In this document: in pieces, positions 47,936 through 58,016 of the stretch
Position numbering within the stretch: the stretch's first letter is position 1
How the letters are laid out: each line of letters opens with the position of its first letter
Assembly (NCBI GenBank): GCA_044360195.1
Contig: JBIKKT010000011.1
Coordinates: forward strand, 7,567 to 71,566
DNA from: Bdellovibrionota bacterium
Lineage (GTDB): Bacteria > Bdellovibrionota_C > UBA2361 > OMII01
Length of the DNA: 64,000 bases
Reading direction: 5' to 3'
Made by a program: the position numbers and the translations under genes
The notes under the pieces: generated by a model
Database searches by the model: none
Told to the model about the DNA's origin: nothing
The model's input: the letters and a program-made list of their open reading frames with translations, nothing else

Positions 47936-49450
47936 ATGAGAAAAGCCTTGAGAGTAGTAGTGCGCGTGTTTTTTGGGGCGCTTGTCGCTGCAACCAGTCT
48001 CACCTTAAGCGGTGCGCTGCTTAACAGCTCACCTGCTTTTGCCGATGATTCTGCAAGCGCGCTCGCAGACATGGTCTCAAAGGTTCGCTTCTATACACTT
48101 AAGAACGGACTAAAGGTAATTCTCTACAACCGTGGTAGTGCCCCAGTTTTCGCCGGTGCGGTGGTGGTTCGAGTAGGGGGAAGTGATGAGACAGTTGGCG
48201 ACACGGGTATTTCGCACCTCTTTGAACACATGGCCTTTAAAGGCACGCGCACTATCGGTACAACAAACTTCGCGCGTGAAAAAGTTCTCCTTGAGAAACT
48301 AGAAGCTATTGCCGCTGCTTCTCGCTCTGCGCAAGAGATGTCGGCGGATCAGAAAAAGGATTGGGAAGCGGTTCATAAAGAGCTGCGCTCGATCTGGGTA
48401 TCGGACGATTTTACCCGTCGCTACGAGAAGCAGGGTGGGGTTGGTCTTAACGCAACAACGGATAAGGAATTTACGAAGTATTTTATTAACCTGCCGCGCT
48501 CTGCGTTTGAGCTGTGGTGTCAGATGGAATCAGATAGACTCATCAATCCTGTTATGCGTCAGTTCTACCAGGAGCGCGATGTGGTGCTCGAAGAGCGGCG
48601 CATGCGCTTTGAGGATTCTCCAGGCGGAAAGTTGTATGAACTTCTTTTGGGTATAGCCTATCAACGTCACCCGTATCGCGATCCAGTCATCGGATACGAG
48701 CATGATATTCGTCAGCTTACGGCAACAAAGCTTGAGGGTTTCCGTCGGCGTTTTTACAACCCACGCAACATGGTTGTAAGTGTCGTGGGAAGAGTAAATC
48801 CTGATGAGGATATAAAGCTGATAGAAGAGTATTTCGGCGCTATTCCAGATGCGGGGCCTGTAACCCGCGATGTTCCGGCAGAGGTACCGCAACAGGGAGA
48901 GCGTCGTGTATCGCTTAAACTCAAGGCATCACCTGAGCTGATAGTGGCGTATCAGAAACCCAACTATCCTCACCCCGATGATGCTCCGATAAGTGTAGCA
49001 GCGGAGATTCTCGCGGGCGGTCGCATTTCGCCCCTTTACGTTGAACTCGTGAAGAGACGACAACTTGCCGCTGCGGTCGATAGTGAAGAGGGGCCAGGGG
49101 TTGCGTATCCAAACCTGCTCATGTTTGCCGCCACCCCAAAAGCTCCGCATACCCCAGAGGATGTGCTCGCCGCCTTTGACAGCGTTATTGCTCGTTTCAC
49201 TAAGAGTGGTCCGACTGAGGAGCAGCTACTGGTTGCGCAACGTTCGATAGGGATGGATTACCTCGCCCATCTACAGTCTAATCAGTCTCTAGCGCTCGAT
49301 CTTGCGTCAGCAGAGCTTGTTTTTGGAACGTGGAAGGCATCTGTTGAGTGGTATGACAAGATGAAGGCGGTCACGTTGGCTGATGTAAAACGGGTGTCAG
49401 AGCAATATCTTTCCCCTGAGCGAAGGACTGTAGCAACGATTGAACGATAA
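47936..49450 (+). CDS. M16 family zinc peptidase (pitrilysin-like), active subunit
   Basis: Signal peptide plus the inverted zinc motif 'GISHLFEHMAFKGT' (HxxEH). Confidence 0.8.
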   Translation: MRKALRVVVRVFFGALVAATSLTLSGALLNSSPAFADDSASALADMVSKVRFYTLKNGLKVILYNRGSAPVFAGAVVVRVGGSDETVGDTGISHLFEHMAFKGTRTIGTTNFAREKVLLEKLEAIAAASRSAQEMSADQKKDWEAVHKELRSIWVSDDFTRRYEKQGGVGLNATTDKEFTKYFINLPRSAFELWCQMESDRLINPVMRQFYQERDVVLEERRMRFEDSPGGKLYELLLGIAYQRHPYRDPVIGYEHDIRQLTATKLEGFRRRFYNPRNMVVSVVGRVNPDEDIKLIEEYFGAIPDAGPVTRDVPAEVPQQGERRVSLKLKASPELIVAYQKPNYPHPDDAPISVAAEILAGGRISPLYVELVKRRQLAAAVDSEEGPGVAYPNLLMFAATPKAPHTPEDVLAAFDSVIARFTKSGPTEEQLLVAQRSIGMDYLAHLQSNQSLALDLASAELVFGTWKASVEWYDKMKAVTLADVKRVSEQYLSPERRTVATIER

Positions 49451-50954
49451 TAGATCGAGGGAACTGTTTGTGGGTAAACGGGTATCAGTGAGGCGCTGGC
49501 TGGGTTCTCTGGTGGGGGCGTCGTTTCTTTTGACTGTGGCAGGCTGTGTGCCTCCGATGGGTGTTGTTGCACCTCCCGCTGCGACGCGTGCCGACGAAGT
49601 TGCTTCATTTAAGCCAGAAGCTCCGGAGAGGTGGCAGTTGGCAAATGGGCTGACGGTCCTTTTTTCGCGTGATCGTGAGTTGCCAATAGTGCGCGGTAAA
49701 CTTTTTATGCGAGGTGGTGCGTTGTGGACCCCTGAGCAGATGCCGGTCGGAGCGGTCGGTGCGATGGGAGACCAGATGCGCAGCGGTGGAGCCGGAGAAC
49801 TTTCGGCTGATGCTCTAGACCGCGAGCTTGAGAAGCTTGCGGCGAATGTGTCGTCGTCGTTCGGTGCAGAGTTTGGTGGTGTAGGTTTTGGCGGATTAAG
49901 CTCTGATTTTGAGCGGCTGTTCGAGATATTCTCTGATGTTGTTCTTCGCCCGCGCTTTGAACACGAGCGGCTCTCCCTTTATAAGGGTCAGGCGCTTGAG
50001 GGTATTCGGCGCCGCGTGGACGATCCTGGAACGGTCACACGAATAGCTTTTTCGCAGCTCCTGTATGGAGACAGCGTATATGGGCGGGTCGCCAAGGAGC
50101 GAGATGTTCGAGCGCTCAATCGCGAACATCTCACAGCGTTGCATTCGCGCTTTGTTGCTCCTGATGGTGCCATCCTTGTTATAACTGGTGATGTTGAAAA
50201 GGATCGGGTTGCTGCCATTGTTGAGAAGGCGTTCGGTGCATGGAAGCCGCGCGGGTCTTTGCTTCCGCCACCTCCAGCGGTTACTCACCAACCGAAGTCA
50301 GGGATTTACTTTGTTGAGCTTCCATTTTCGCAAGCTACGGTTGAATTCGGGCAACTTGGAGTTAAGCGACTATCCCCCGACTGGCCCGCAATCGATGTCT
50401 TTAATGAGGTGTTCGGGTCTTCAGGGTTCGGTTCACGCTTAATGAATAAAGTTCGCACAGAGCTTGGGCTTTCGTACGGCGTTGGCGGTGGAATCTCGGC
50501 AGGTCCCGTGCGCGGGGCTAATTATGTTTTTCTCCAGACTAAAGCAGAGTCCGTTGCTCCTGCTATCGAAGAATCAATCAAGGTTCTCGTTTCGATGCAG
50601 CGTGAGGTTCCAACCGAAGAGGAGATGCAGGAAAAAAAAGCAGCGATCAGGAATTCGTACGTTTTTAATTTTGATTCGCTCGATGACATAGCTTTGCGCG
50701 CAGCGCAGCTCGAGTTGCTTCAGTATCCGGCTGACTACGATCAGACCTTCCTTGCAAAGATAGGTGCTGTGACACCCGAGCAGGTGCGAGAAGTAGCCTC
50801 TACCCGTTGGTCGCCTGAGTCGTTTATCATCGTGGTTGTCGGCAATGAAGCGGCTTACAGCGCTCTACAGAGGGCTGCTCAGGAGCCCGGTTCGCCTCTT
50901 AAGACGTTTGGCCTAGAGAAACTGGGTTTTGATAGTGCTATTGTGGTGCAATAA
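49440..50954 (+). CDS. M16 family peptidase, second (likely non-catalytic) subunit
   Basis: M16 fold similarity, no HxxEH. It overlaps the upstream M16 gene by 11 bp (operon pair). Confidence 0.7.
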   Translation: MNDNRSRELFVGKRVSVRRWLGSLVGASFLLTVAGCVPPMGVVAPPAATRADEVASFKPEAPERWQLANGLTVLFSRDRELPIVRGKLFMRGGALWTPEQMPVGAVGAMGDQMRSGGAGELSADALDRELEKLAANVSSSFGAEFGGVGFGGLSSDFERLFEIFSDVVLRPRFEHERLSLYKGQALEGIRRRVDDPGTVTRIAFSQLLYGDSVYGRVAKERDVRALNREHLTALHSRFVAPDGAILVITGDVEKDRVAAIVEKAFGAWKPRGSLLPPPPAVTHQPKSGIYFVELPFSQATVEFGQLGVKRLSPDWPAIDVFNEVFGSSGFGSRLMNKVRTELGLSYGVGGGISAGPVRGANYVFLQTKAESVAPAIEESIKVLVSMQREVPTEEEMQEKKAAIRNSYVFNFDSLDDIALRAAQLELLQYPADYDQTFLAKIGAVTPEQVREVASTRWSPESFIIVVVGNEAAYSALQRAAQEPGSPLKTFGLEKLGFDSAIVVQ

Positions 50955-51740
50955 GTGACTACGCGTCATCATACAGAGACGATGAATATTCGAACGTTTG
51001 CAAAACGCGATGAAAATGGTTCTTCTGCCTGTCTAAGAAGCGTTGGATTCGCAGGTATTGCGTGGGCATTTCTGGTAACGGTATCGGGTTGCGCAAGCAA
51101 TCGGCCCGTTGAGGGGCCAGACAAGATGTTAGTGGGCGAAGCTGTAGGGGCACTTCAAGGGGCCGGTGCAGGTGCAGTCACTGGCGCTCAGTTAACTGCT
51201 GGTGCGGGTCCCGGGGCCGCTGTTGGAGCTGGTTTGGGCGCAGTGGTTGGAGCTATTCACGGGGCAGTAGTAGACGCTAATGAAGATGTTGCTATGCGCA
51301 CCGAACAGCAGATCAAGGATCAGCAGGCGCGAGCGGCTGCCCAGGAGATATTAGCTGAGCATTACAAGCGTCGTATTGCGTTACACCCAAGTCGGGATAT
51401 ATTCCCAGCCGATCTCTTCTTTGACGGCGATGATGTGAGTGTGTGCCAGTCAGGTCTAGCTGTCATTAAAGAGCTAGCGCTCATGAATGAGCAGCGGCTG
51501 CCGTACTCGAGCTTGGTGGTGGCAGTATATTCAAAGGGCGCTTCTCCAGAATCCCCTTATCCCCGGCACTTAACCGAGGAGCGAGCAAAGGAGTTCGCTA
51601 ATCAGTTAATTCATGCTGGAATGGAGCCTCGAAGGGTTCAGACAAGGGCGGTGGTTGTGGATGCCCCAGTGGTAATAGACCCCCTTGATAATCCTACTCG
51701 ATACAATCAAGCTATAGAGATAATTGCGATAGATCGGTGA
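50955..51740 (+). CDS. Lipoprotein with a glycine-zipper segment and an OmpA-like C-terminal domain
   Basis: Lipobox 'LVTVSGC'. 'GAGAGAVTGAQLTAGAGPGAAVGAGLGAVVGAIHGAV'. C-terminus 'TEERAKEFANQLIHAGMEPRRVQTRA...NQAIEII' follows the OmpA_C pattern. Confidence 0.45.
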   Translation: MTTRHHTETMNIRTFAKRDENGSSACLRSVGFAGIAWAFLVTVSGCASNRPVEGPDKMLVGEAVGALQGAGAGAVTGAQLTAGAGPGAAVGAGLGAVVGAIHGAVVDANEDVAMRTEQQIKDQQARAAAQEILAEHYKRRIALHPSRDIFPADLFFDGDDVSVCQSGLAVIKELALMNEQRLPYSSLVVAVYSKGASPESPYPRHLTEERAKEFANQLIHAGMEPRRVQTRAVVVDAPVVIDPLDNPTRYNQAIEIIAIDR

Positions 51741-51744
51741 TGAT

Positions 51745-52053
51745 ATGAAAAAGAAAGAAGCAAAAAGCAAAGAAACAGAAGAGACTATGAAGGATGGAAG
51801 CGAGCTTGCGCAGATAACCAATAAGGGCGAACTCAAAGCGTTCATCACGGATGTGCGTGATCGCCTCTTGAAGGATCAGGCAGCGCCTATCTTCGCGATG
51901 GCAGCGATGCAGCAGGTGATGAACCTCGATACGATCTACGATCTCCTTGATGGTCAAAACAAAGAGATCCTGCAGGAGATCTGGGTCAAGCTATCGCAGT
52001 CGGGCTTTAATCTACGTAAGCCACCGCTTCTCTTCGGAGATGCTGAGGCGTAG
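51745..52053 (+). CDS. Small hypothetical protein
   Basis: 102-aa ORF starting 5 bp after the upstream stop, with Lys/Glu-rich N-terminus. Confidence 0.3.
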   Translation: MKKKEAKSKETEETMKDGSELAQITNKGELKAFITDVRDRLLKDQAAPIFAMAAMQQVMNLDTIYDLLDGQNKEILQEIWVKLSQSGFNLRKPPLLFGDAEA

Positions 52054-52063
52054 TAGTCTCGGT

Positions 52064-52999
52064 ATGCTGCACATTAATTCCCCCTTATTGCGCTCAAGCC
52101 GCTTGAGCGCTCTTGCGGAGCGATGCATCTGGCTTAAGTTCGAAGCATTGCAGCCTGCGGGGTCGTTTAAAATACGTGGGATTGGTCATGCCTGCGAGCA
52201 GTACAAGCGCCAAGGGTGCAACCGCTTCGTATCGTCATCCGGTGGTAATGCTGGACTGGCTGTAGCGTATGCCGGCCGCGTGCTCTCGGTTCCGGTGACA
52301 GTCGTTGTACCAGAAAGCACTTCAGCCCGAGCGCAAGAGCTTATCAGTCAAGAAGGCGCAGAAGTGCGTGTTCACGGAGCCTCGTGGCAGGAGGCCAATG
52401 AATATGCGCTATCAATGGTTAGTCCGACGGATGCCTTTATCCATCCCTTCGACCATCCGCTCTTGTGGGAGGGCCATGCAACGCTTATCGATGAGGTTGT
52501 TCAGGCGGGATGTCAGCCTGATGCAGTTGTGCTGTCAGTAGGTGGCGGTGGATTGCTAGCGGGAGTAGTTGCTGGGCTTCAGCGAAATGGTTTGAGCTCG
52601 GTCCCCGTGATAGCGGTAGAGACGAAGGGTGCTGAATCTTTTCAAGCTGCCGTGCAAGCTGGAGAGGTAGTCGAGCTCAAAGCTATTACCAGCATAGCGA
52701 CTACCCTGGGAGCAAAACGGGTTTCTCAACACGCTTTTGATTTAGTTTCAACTCACCCGATTACGAATGTGGTGGTCTCAGATCGGTCCGCAGTCTCTGC
52801 ATGTGAACAGTTTCTTGATGATCACCGTATGTTGGTTGAGCCTTCCTGTGGCGCGTCACTTTCTGTTGCCTATGAGGCGATGCCGGAGCTTATCCCGTTT
52901 AGAAATGTGCTTGTAGTCGTTTGCGGCGGAAGTGGCGTTACTCGCAAGCAGCTTGAGGAGTGGGGGAGGACTTCTCTCCGTTGCTGTGCTACTTTATGA
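52064..52999 (+). CDS. PLP-dependent serine/threonine dehydratase family enzyme. The ORF track starts at 51947; the conserved N-terminus begins at 'MLHINSPLL'.
   Basis: 'LKFEALQPAGSFKIRG' PLP-Lys motif and 'GGGGL' glycine loop. Confidence 0.72.
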   Translation: MLHINSPLLRSSRLSALAERCIWLKFEALQPAGSFKIRGIGHACEQYKRQGCNRFVSSSGGNAGLAVAYAGRVLSVPVTVVVPESTSARAQELISQEGAEVRVHGASWQEANEYALSMVSPTDAFIHPFDHPLLWEGHATLIDEVVQAGCQPDAVVLSVGGGGLLAGVVAGLQRNGLSSVPVIAVETKGAESFQAAVQAGEVVELKAITSIATTLGAKRVSQHAFDLVSTHPITNVVVSDRSAVSACEQFLDDHRMLVEPSCGASLSVAYEAMPELIPFRNVLVVVCGGSGVTRKQLEEWGRTSLRCCATL

Positions 53000-53058
53000 C
53001 CCAACACAAGCGTCGATGGTACTTACGCCCGTCACGCTGACGTTGTCTTCCTCATCAC

Positions 53059-53862
53059 TTGTTGGTTGATAGCGTGGCTTTTACAGGTATTTCTGGCGAG
53101 AATAGTGTGAACTCAGTAGTCGTCCGCAATGTAGTCAAAAGGTTTGGTGATGCCACCGCGGTTAAGGGGATCTCATTCTCAGCGGACCGCGGCGAGATCA
53201 TGGGGCTTCTCGGTCCAAACGGGGCAGGTAAAACCACCACCATTCACATGATGCTCGGACTTACCTCGCATGATGAAGGGTCGATATCAATTCTTGGATT
53301 CGATATGCCCAAGGATCGATACGAGATTCTTCAGCGGGTCAATTTTGCCTCGGCTTATGTGTCTTTACCGGGCAATCTCACTATTGAGGAGGCGCTGTAC
53401 GTATACGGGAAGCTCTATAACGTAAAGAACCCCAATCAGCGCGCAAAGGAAGTGCTTGCAGAGTTAGAGGTGGACCTCGATCCAAAGAGCTTGATCGGTA
53501 TGCTCTCTGCCGGACAGAAGACGCGGCTTAATCTCTGTAAAGCGTTGCTGAATAGGCCTGAAGTGCTATTTCTCGACGAGCCCACAGCGAGCCTAGATCC
53601 CGATATCGCCATAAAGGTGCGGGCGCTTTTAAAGAAGCTCAGGCAAAACTACGAGACCACCGTAATCTATACTTCACATTACATGCACGAAGTTGAGGAG
53701 CTGTGCGATCGAGTCATCTTTCTTGCTCGCGGTTCAATCGTTGCGACAGGCACACCTCAAGAAATTCGGGAGCGTTCGCAACTACGGAATCTTGAAGAAG
53801 TGTTCGTATCGATTGCTCGTGATGGTGAGCTGCGTGATAGCCAAGAGGTGCCCAAGGAATGA
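53059..53862 (+). CDS. ABC transporter ATP-binding protein (ABC-2 exporter type). An alternative GTG start lies at 53106.
   Basis: Walker A 'GLLGPNGAGKTTT', signature 'LSAGQKTRL', Walker B 'LFLDEPTASLD'. Confidence 0.85.
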   Translation: MLVDSVAFTGISGENSVNSVVVRNVVKRFGDATAVKGISFSADRGEIMGLLGPNGAGKTTTIHMMLGLTSHDEGSISILGFDMPKDRYEILQRVNFASAYVSLPGNLTIEEALYVYGKLYNVKNPNQRAKEVLAELEVDLDPKSLIGMLSAGQKTRLNLCKALLNRPEVLFLDEPTASLDPDIAIKVRALLKKLRQNYETTVIYTSHYMHEVEELCDRVIFLARGSIVATGTPQEIRERSQLRNLEEVFVSIARDGELRDSQEVPKE

Positions 53863-54644
53863 TTTCACGAGTTGTTGGAATGGTGCTTCGGTACCTGTTT
53901 ATTTATAAGCGCTCTAGAATTAGAGTGGCAGAGCTCATTTTTTTCCCCCTGATGGATCTCCTCGTATGGGGATTTGTCACTATGTATCTAGAGCAGGTAA
54001 CCCAATCAAAGGTTGTGCTCTTCATGCTGGGTGGCATAGTGCTCTGGGATGTGTTCTTCCGCGCTCAGCAGGGTGTTGGAATGTCGGTACTGCAGGAGAT
54101 GTGGGTTGGGAATACGCTTAATCTCTTCGTCTCGCCGTTGCGACCAGCGGAGTTGGTGGCGTCCACAGCACTTGTCGGTTTTATCAGAGCTCTTATTACG
54201 AGCACCGGTTTGAGTATAGTTGCCTACATCCTGTACTCCTTTAATGTGTTGCACTTAGGTATCGGCCTTATTCCGCTGTTTGGTTCGCTCCTCTTTTTTG
54301 GTTGGAGCATTGGGCTCTTTACGTCAGCACTTATTCTACGGTACGGCGAGGCGGCTGAATCATTAGCGTGGATAGTACCGTTTGTTGTGCAGCCATTCGT
54401 AGCGGTGTTTTATCCGGTGTCATCGCTACCGTCAGTTTTGCAATCGTTCGCTGCGATCTTTCCATGTACTTACATATTTGAGGGGATGAGAACAGTGCTT
54501 AGTAGCGGTGAGATTCCTTGGTCGCAGATCGGTGTTTCGCTACTTCTGACTTGCGTGTGGCTTGGTGTTACCGGGAGCTACTTTGCATACACGCTTTCTT
54601 ACGTTCGTAGGAAGGGATACTTGACGACCGCTTCGCGGGGTTAA
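53859..54644 (+). CDS. ABC-2 family transporter permease
   Basis: Six predicted TM helices. Its start overlaps the ATPase stop by 4 bp. Confidence 0.7.
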   Translation: MISRVVGMVLRYLFIYKRSRIRVAELIFFPLMDLLVWGFVTMYLEQVTQSKVVLFMLGGIVLWDVFFRAQQGVGMSVLQEMWVGNTLNLFVSPLRPAELVASTALVGFIRALITSTGLSIVAYILYSFNVLHLGIGLIPLFGSLLFFGWSIGLFTSALILRYGEAAESLAWIVPFVVQPFVAVFYPVSSLPSVLQSFAAIFPCTYIFEGMRTVLSSGEIPWSQIGVSLLLTCVWLGVTGSYFAYTLSYVRRKGYLTTASRG

Positions 54645-54657
54645 GTGGTGCCCCCCT

Positions 54658-55518
54658 CTATTGCAGTAATTGCAAGACGAGAGACTGGTTTTGATTAGCT
54701 TGCGCCAAAAGTGAAGTTTGCGCCTGCTGAAGTATCTGCAGTCTGAGAATCTCTGCTGCATCTTGAGCAACGTCAGTGTTGCGTGTGTTAGCCTCGGCGC
54801 TCATGAGATTTTCACGAGTAACCGTTATGTAGTTTAGGGCGCTCTGTAAGCGGCTCAAGTTTCCGGTAACCGTTCCTCGCTTAACGGTGATTGAATCAAT
54901 AGCGCTGTTGATTGCAGTATACGCAGCGCGAGAAGCAGTAATTGAGGTGTAGAGGGTGTCGGTTGAAGAGTTGTAAATACTAAAAGTCAACGAAGGGCCG
55001 GTTCCGAGTGATAGAGCCGAAAGGTTCGCCGTGACTCCGCCAATTGAGATTCGTGAGTTTGCAGTGTTGTCATACCCCACCTGGATTGATGGAGAGTTAC
55101 CAGTTAGAATCGCTTGTGAATTGAATGAGAGGGTATTAACGATTCGGTCGACCTCAGATCCTAGGTAGCTAAGCTCTGATTGGAACGCGGAGCGTTGGCT
55201 GGTTGTGTAGGTGGAATTTGCTCCTTGGGTTGCAAGTTCGGCCATGCGGCCCAAAATATTAGTGATCTCCTGCAGGCCGGAATCTGCCAACGAAGCAAAG
55301 CTGATTCCATCGTTAGTATTTCTGCTGGCGACCCCCAACATTGCGCTCTGACTTTTAAGCGTGTCTGCGAGGGCTAGACCGGCTGAATCATCTGATCCTT
55401 TATTGATTCGGAGACCGGAGGATGCGCGCTCATAAGCCTTGGCGAGATCGCTGGTGGACCGCTGCAAAGCAGTCTGAGCGCGAAGTGATAACAAATTTGA
55501 TGCCAGCGTCAGTGACAT
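54658..55518 (-). CDS. fliC: Flagellin (short, 286 aa), solitary in this window
   Basis: N-terminal 'LRAQTALQRSTSDLAKAYERASSGLRINKGSDDSAGLALAD' and C-terminal 'LRLQILQQAQTSLLAQANQNQSLVLQLLQ' flagellin D0/D1 signatures. Confidence 0.82.
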   Translation of the reverse strand: MSLTLASNLLSLRAQTALQRSTSDLAKAYERASSGLRINKGSDDSAGLALADTLKSQSAMLGVASRNTNDGISFASLADSGLQEITNILGRMAELATQGANSTYTTSQRSAFQSELSYLGSEVDRIVNTLSFNSQAILTGNSPSIQVGYDNTANSRISIGGVTANLSALSLGTGPSLTFSIYNSSTDTLYTSITASRAAYTAINSAIDSITVKRGTVTGNLSRLQSALNYITVTRENLMSAEANTRNTDVAQDAAEILRLQILQQAQTSLLAQANQNQSLVLQLLQ

Positions 55519-55565
55519 GGCGACTACTACCTTCCTGGTAAGCTCAGTATTTGAGCTCGGTCTTC

Positions 55566-55600
55566 CTTATCGAGGAGTAACGGCTGATTTCGGTTAATCG
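55566..55600 (-). promoter_or_regulatory. Candidate sigma-28 (FliA) promoter upstream of the flagellin gene
   Basis: The minus strand reads 'gaaat-N14-cgataa' (~TAAA-N15-GCCGATAA) about 50-80 nt upstream of the flagellin ATG. Confidence 0.35.
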
Positions 55601-55941
55601 TTACGGTTTGGCGCGTTTTTTTTCTGGAGAGGTGGCATCGAGGGGCTCCAACCCGTTGTATCTCTTTGCGGAGCTGGGTAGGAAAGAGAGGAAGCGGTAG
55701 TGTTAACTAATTGGTTTTATTGGTTAAGGGGTGTTTTTGGTTGGGCCCTATATAGGCTTTGCTAGTAATTCGTGGTTCGCGGAGCGGCTCTTTAGATAAA
55801 CTCCGCGACTTCCGCGCGCTCTGCGTTACTTACCCAAGCCAGCCGAACAGGCAGAACTACCTGGATTGAATTAGTCGAGGCAAAAATAGAGGGGCGAGCC
55901 GAACAAAACCAATTAAAAAACAATTCGGTGCCCCTTTGAAA

Positions 55942-56229
55942 CTAGCTGCGACTGCTTACGTGCACAACAGCTGACAAGGTCAACACGGTTCCTAGGAGGA
56001 TCTTTGTGCTGATAGGCAGAGAGCTTGTCACTAGCAGGACCACCATAGCAGTAGGACCTAACCAGCGCAGTATCGACAGAAACAGGAAACCCCATTTTTG
56101 CCATTTGTTGGATGGTTGCCACGTCCGGACAAAGCTCACTAATGCTAAGTAAGCGTAGGTTATAGCTGCGGTGGATAGTACAACCGACTGATTGGATTCA
56201 AACATAGTAAAAAACCTTTTTTCAGGCAT
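55942..56229 (-). CDS. Small hypothetical membrane protein (3 TM)
   Basis: 95-aa ORF with three hydrophobic helices and Trp/Lys-rich loops. Confidence 0.3.
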   Translation of the reverse strand: MPEKRFFTMFESNQSVVLSTAAITYAYLALVSFVRTWQPSNKWQKWGFLFLSILRWLGPTAMVVLLVTSSLPISTKILLGTVLTLSAVVHVSSRS

Positions 56230-56436
56230 CGCCTACGAAAGCCACTCGTATGGTTTGCTGATCTTCGCAGATGAGCCTGTGTAACAACGACTACCCTTAT
56301 TCAGATAGTGATAATAGTAGCTGGATTGAGCGTTATAATTCAAACGCTGGGGCTGAGTAATCTCCGTAAAATGCCTCGTTCGCTATGGAATCGACTATGG
56401 CCGACAGGTGGGAGGTGTGTAGCCTCATAGGATCTT

Positions 56437-58014
56437 TTGTTTTACCGTAAGCATAACAAAAGTATGCCGCGCTATTTTTCAATTATTACTGTAGTCCTTA
56501 CGCTTGCGTTCGTGTCCGTATTTTTTGGTCAGATTGACGGCATGGCAAGCGATCCCGGTTTGGGATGGCACCTTAAAACAGGTGCTCTAATCGCCAGTAA
56601 CTTAGAGATTCCGCGGGTTGATCCCTTTCTCGCACCAGCTCTTGAAGCGAATCCATTCAGTGCTCCCACATCTGGGCGTGAGTGGGTGTGTGATCAGTGG
56701 CTTGGGGACCTTATTCTGCACCAACTCTTTGTCTTTGGCGGATGGCCACTCCTGTATTCGTCTGTTGTGGGTGTTTTTCTGCTCGCATTTTGGGGAGTGA
56801 CGTCTGATGGACTCTTGCGTAGCGGAGTGACAACTCTCTCTGTGATGATCGCGGGCATTATGGCGTGGAAGGCAGGTCAGGTGCACATGATTATCCGGCC
56901 GGTTGTCTTTTCGGTGTTGTTTTTTGCGATTGTCTTGCGAGTGGTTTGCTCGCTTGAGGGCATGCGCGAGTGGTCAACGGGTGGAAGGTGGCGACCGGTG
57001 CTCGCTTTGAGCTGCCTATTTATAGTTTGGGCAAATATTCATCCTGCGTTCGTTCTTGGTCTTGGTGTTCTGGGGGTATATTTTGTTGCTGAGTGTTTTC
57101 GTTCTCCACGCAATTTTCCCGCCATCAAAACGTCAGCGCTGATTGTAGTGATGAGCGCTCTTGGTACTGTCGTAAATCCTCAAGGTTTGATGCTGCATCG
57201 GAGCATCTTTGCCCTTGGGGTAAGTGATTACTTTATGTCGCTTAATCAGGAGTGGCATCCGCTAAAACTCTCAAGCTTTGAGGGGATACTTCTGATTGGG
57301 CTAGTAGTATTCGCACTTATTGGATTCGTGCGAGCGATGTGGATGCGCTCAGCTAGCAACGGTTTTGGTTTTTTGGTCTCTGGCCTTCTCTTTTTGCTTA
57401 CGGTGCGCTCTGTCAGGTACGCACCGTTTGCAGCTCTAGCGCTGCTACCAGTTGCTGCGACGGGATTACACACTTTACGGGATCTTTCGCTGCCGCGGTG
57501 CCTATCACTTACCGCCCGGGTGATTAAGGTCGTGCAGCGCTGGGAAGTGTTGCGCTCCCCGACAGCTCTGGGAGTGAGTGGTCTCCTTGTAGCGAGTAGT
57601 GCTTTGATTTCAGTTGTTGCTCCTCACATGCTCTTTGCCAGAGCACTCGGTCCAGCTAATGCCTCGTCTCTAGTCCCAGTGATGCAGGTGCTTGAGAGCG
57701 TTCGGGGTCGAGGGGGGCAAGGTGAAGGTGTGGTGCTTACATCCCCTAATCTGGGTGGGGCGATAACCTATCGATTGTGGCCCCGTTATCGGGCTGTCAT
57801 TGATGACCGTAATACGTTAATCGGAGAGGCGCTGTATAAGGGCTACTTTGCTAGCCTAGAGGACATCGCTGCGTTTGACCTTATAGTAGAGGTTTTTGGG
57901 GTCACTGATGCCATCATGCCACCGCATGCGGGTGTCTTGAACCAGTTGCTCCTTCGCCCGCAGTGGACGATACTCTACCGCGATGAACAAAGTGTAGTTG
58001 TACACAGGGAATAG
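56437..58014 (+). CDS. Polytopic integral membrane protein, possibly a GT-C-fold glycosyltransferase (ArnT/PMT/DUF2079-like)
   Basis: About 12 hydrophobic segments over 400 aa plus a soluble C-terminal region. No catalytic motif was confidently identified. Confidence 0.35.
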   Translation: MFYRKHNKSMPRYFSIITVVLTLAFVSVFFGQIDGMASDPGLGWHLKTGALIASNLEIPRVDPFLAPALEANPFSAPTSGREWVCDQWLGDLILHQLFVFGGWPLLYSSVVGVFLLAFWGVTSDGLLRSGVTTLSVMIAGIMAWKAGQVHMIIRPVVFSVLFFAIVLRVVCSLEGMREWSTGGRWRPVLALSCLFIVWANIHPAFVLGLGVLGVYFVAECFRSPRNFPAIKTSALIVVMSALGTVVNPQGLMLHRSIFALGVSDYFMSLNQEWHPLKLSSFEGILLIGLVVFALIGFVRAMWMRSASNGFGFLVSGLLFLLTVRSVRYAPFAALALLPVAATGLHTLRDLSLPRCLSLTARVIKVVQRWEVLRSPTALGVSGLLVASSALISVVAPHMLFARALGPANASSLVPVMQVLESVRGRGGQGEGVVLTSPNLGGAITYRLWPRYRAVIDDRNTLIGEALYKGYFASLEDIAAFDLIVEVFGVTDAIMPPHAGVLNQLLLRPQWTILYRDEQSVVVHRE

Positions 58015-58016
58015 AC

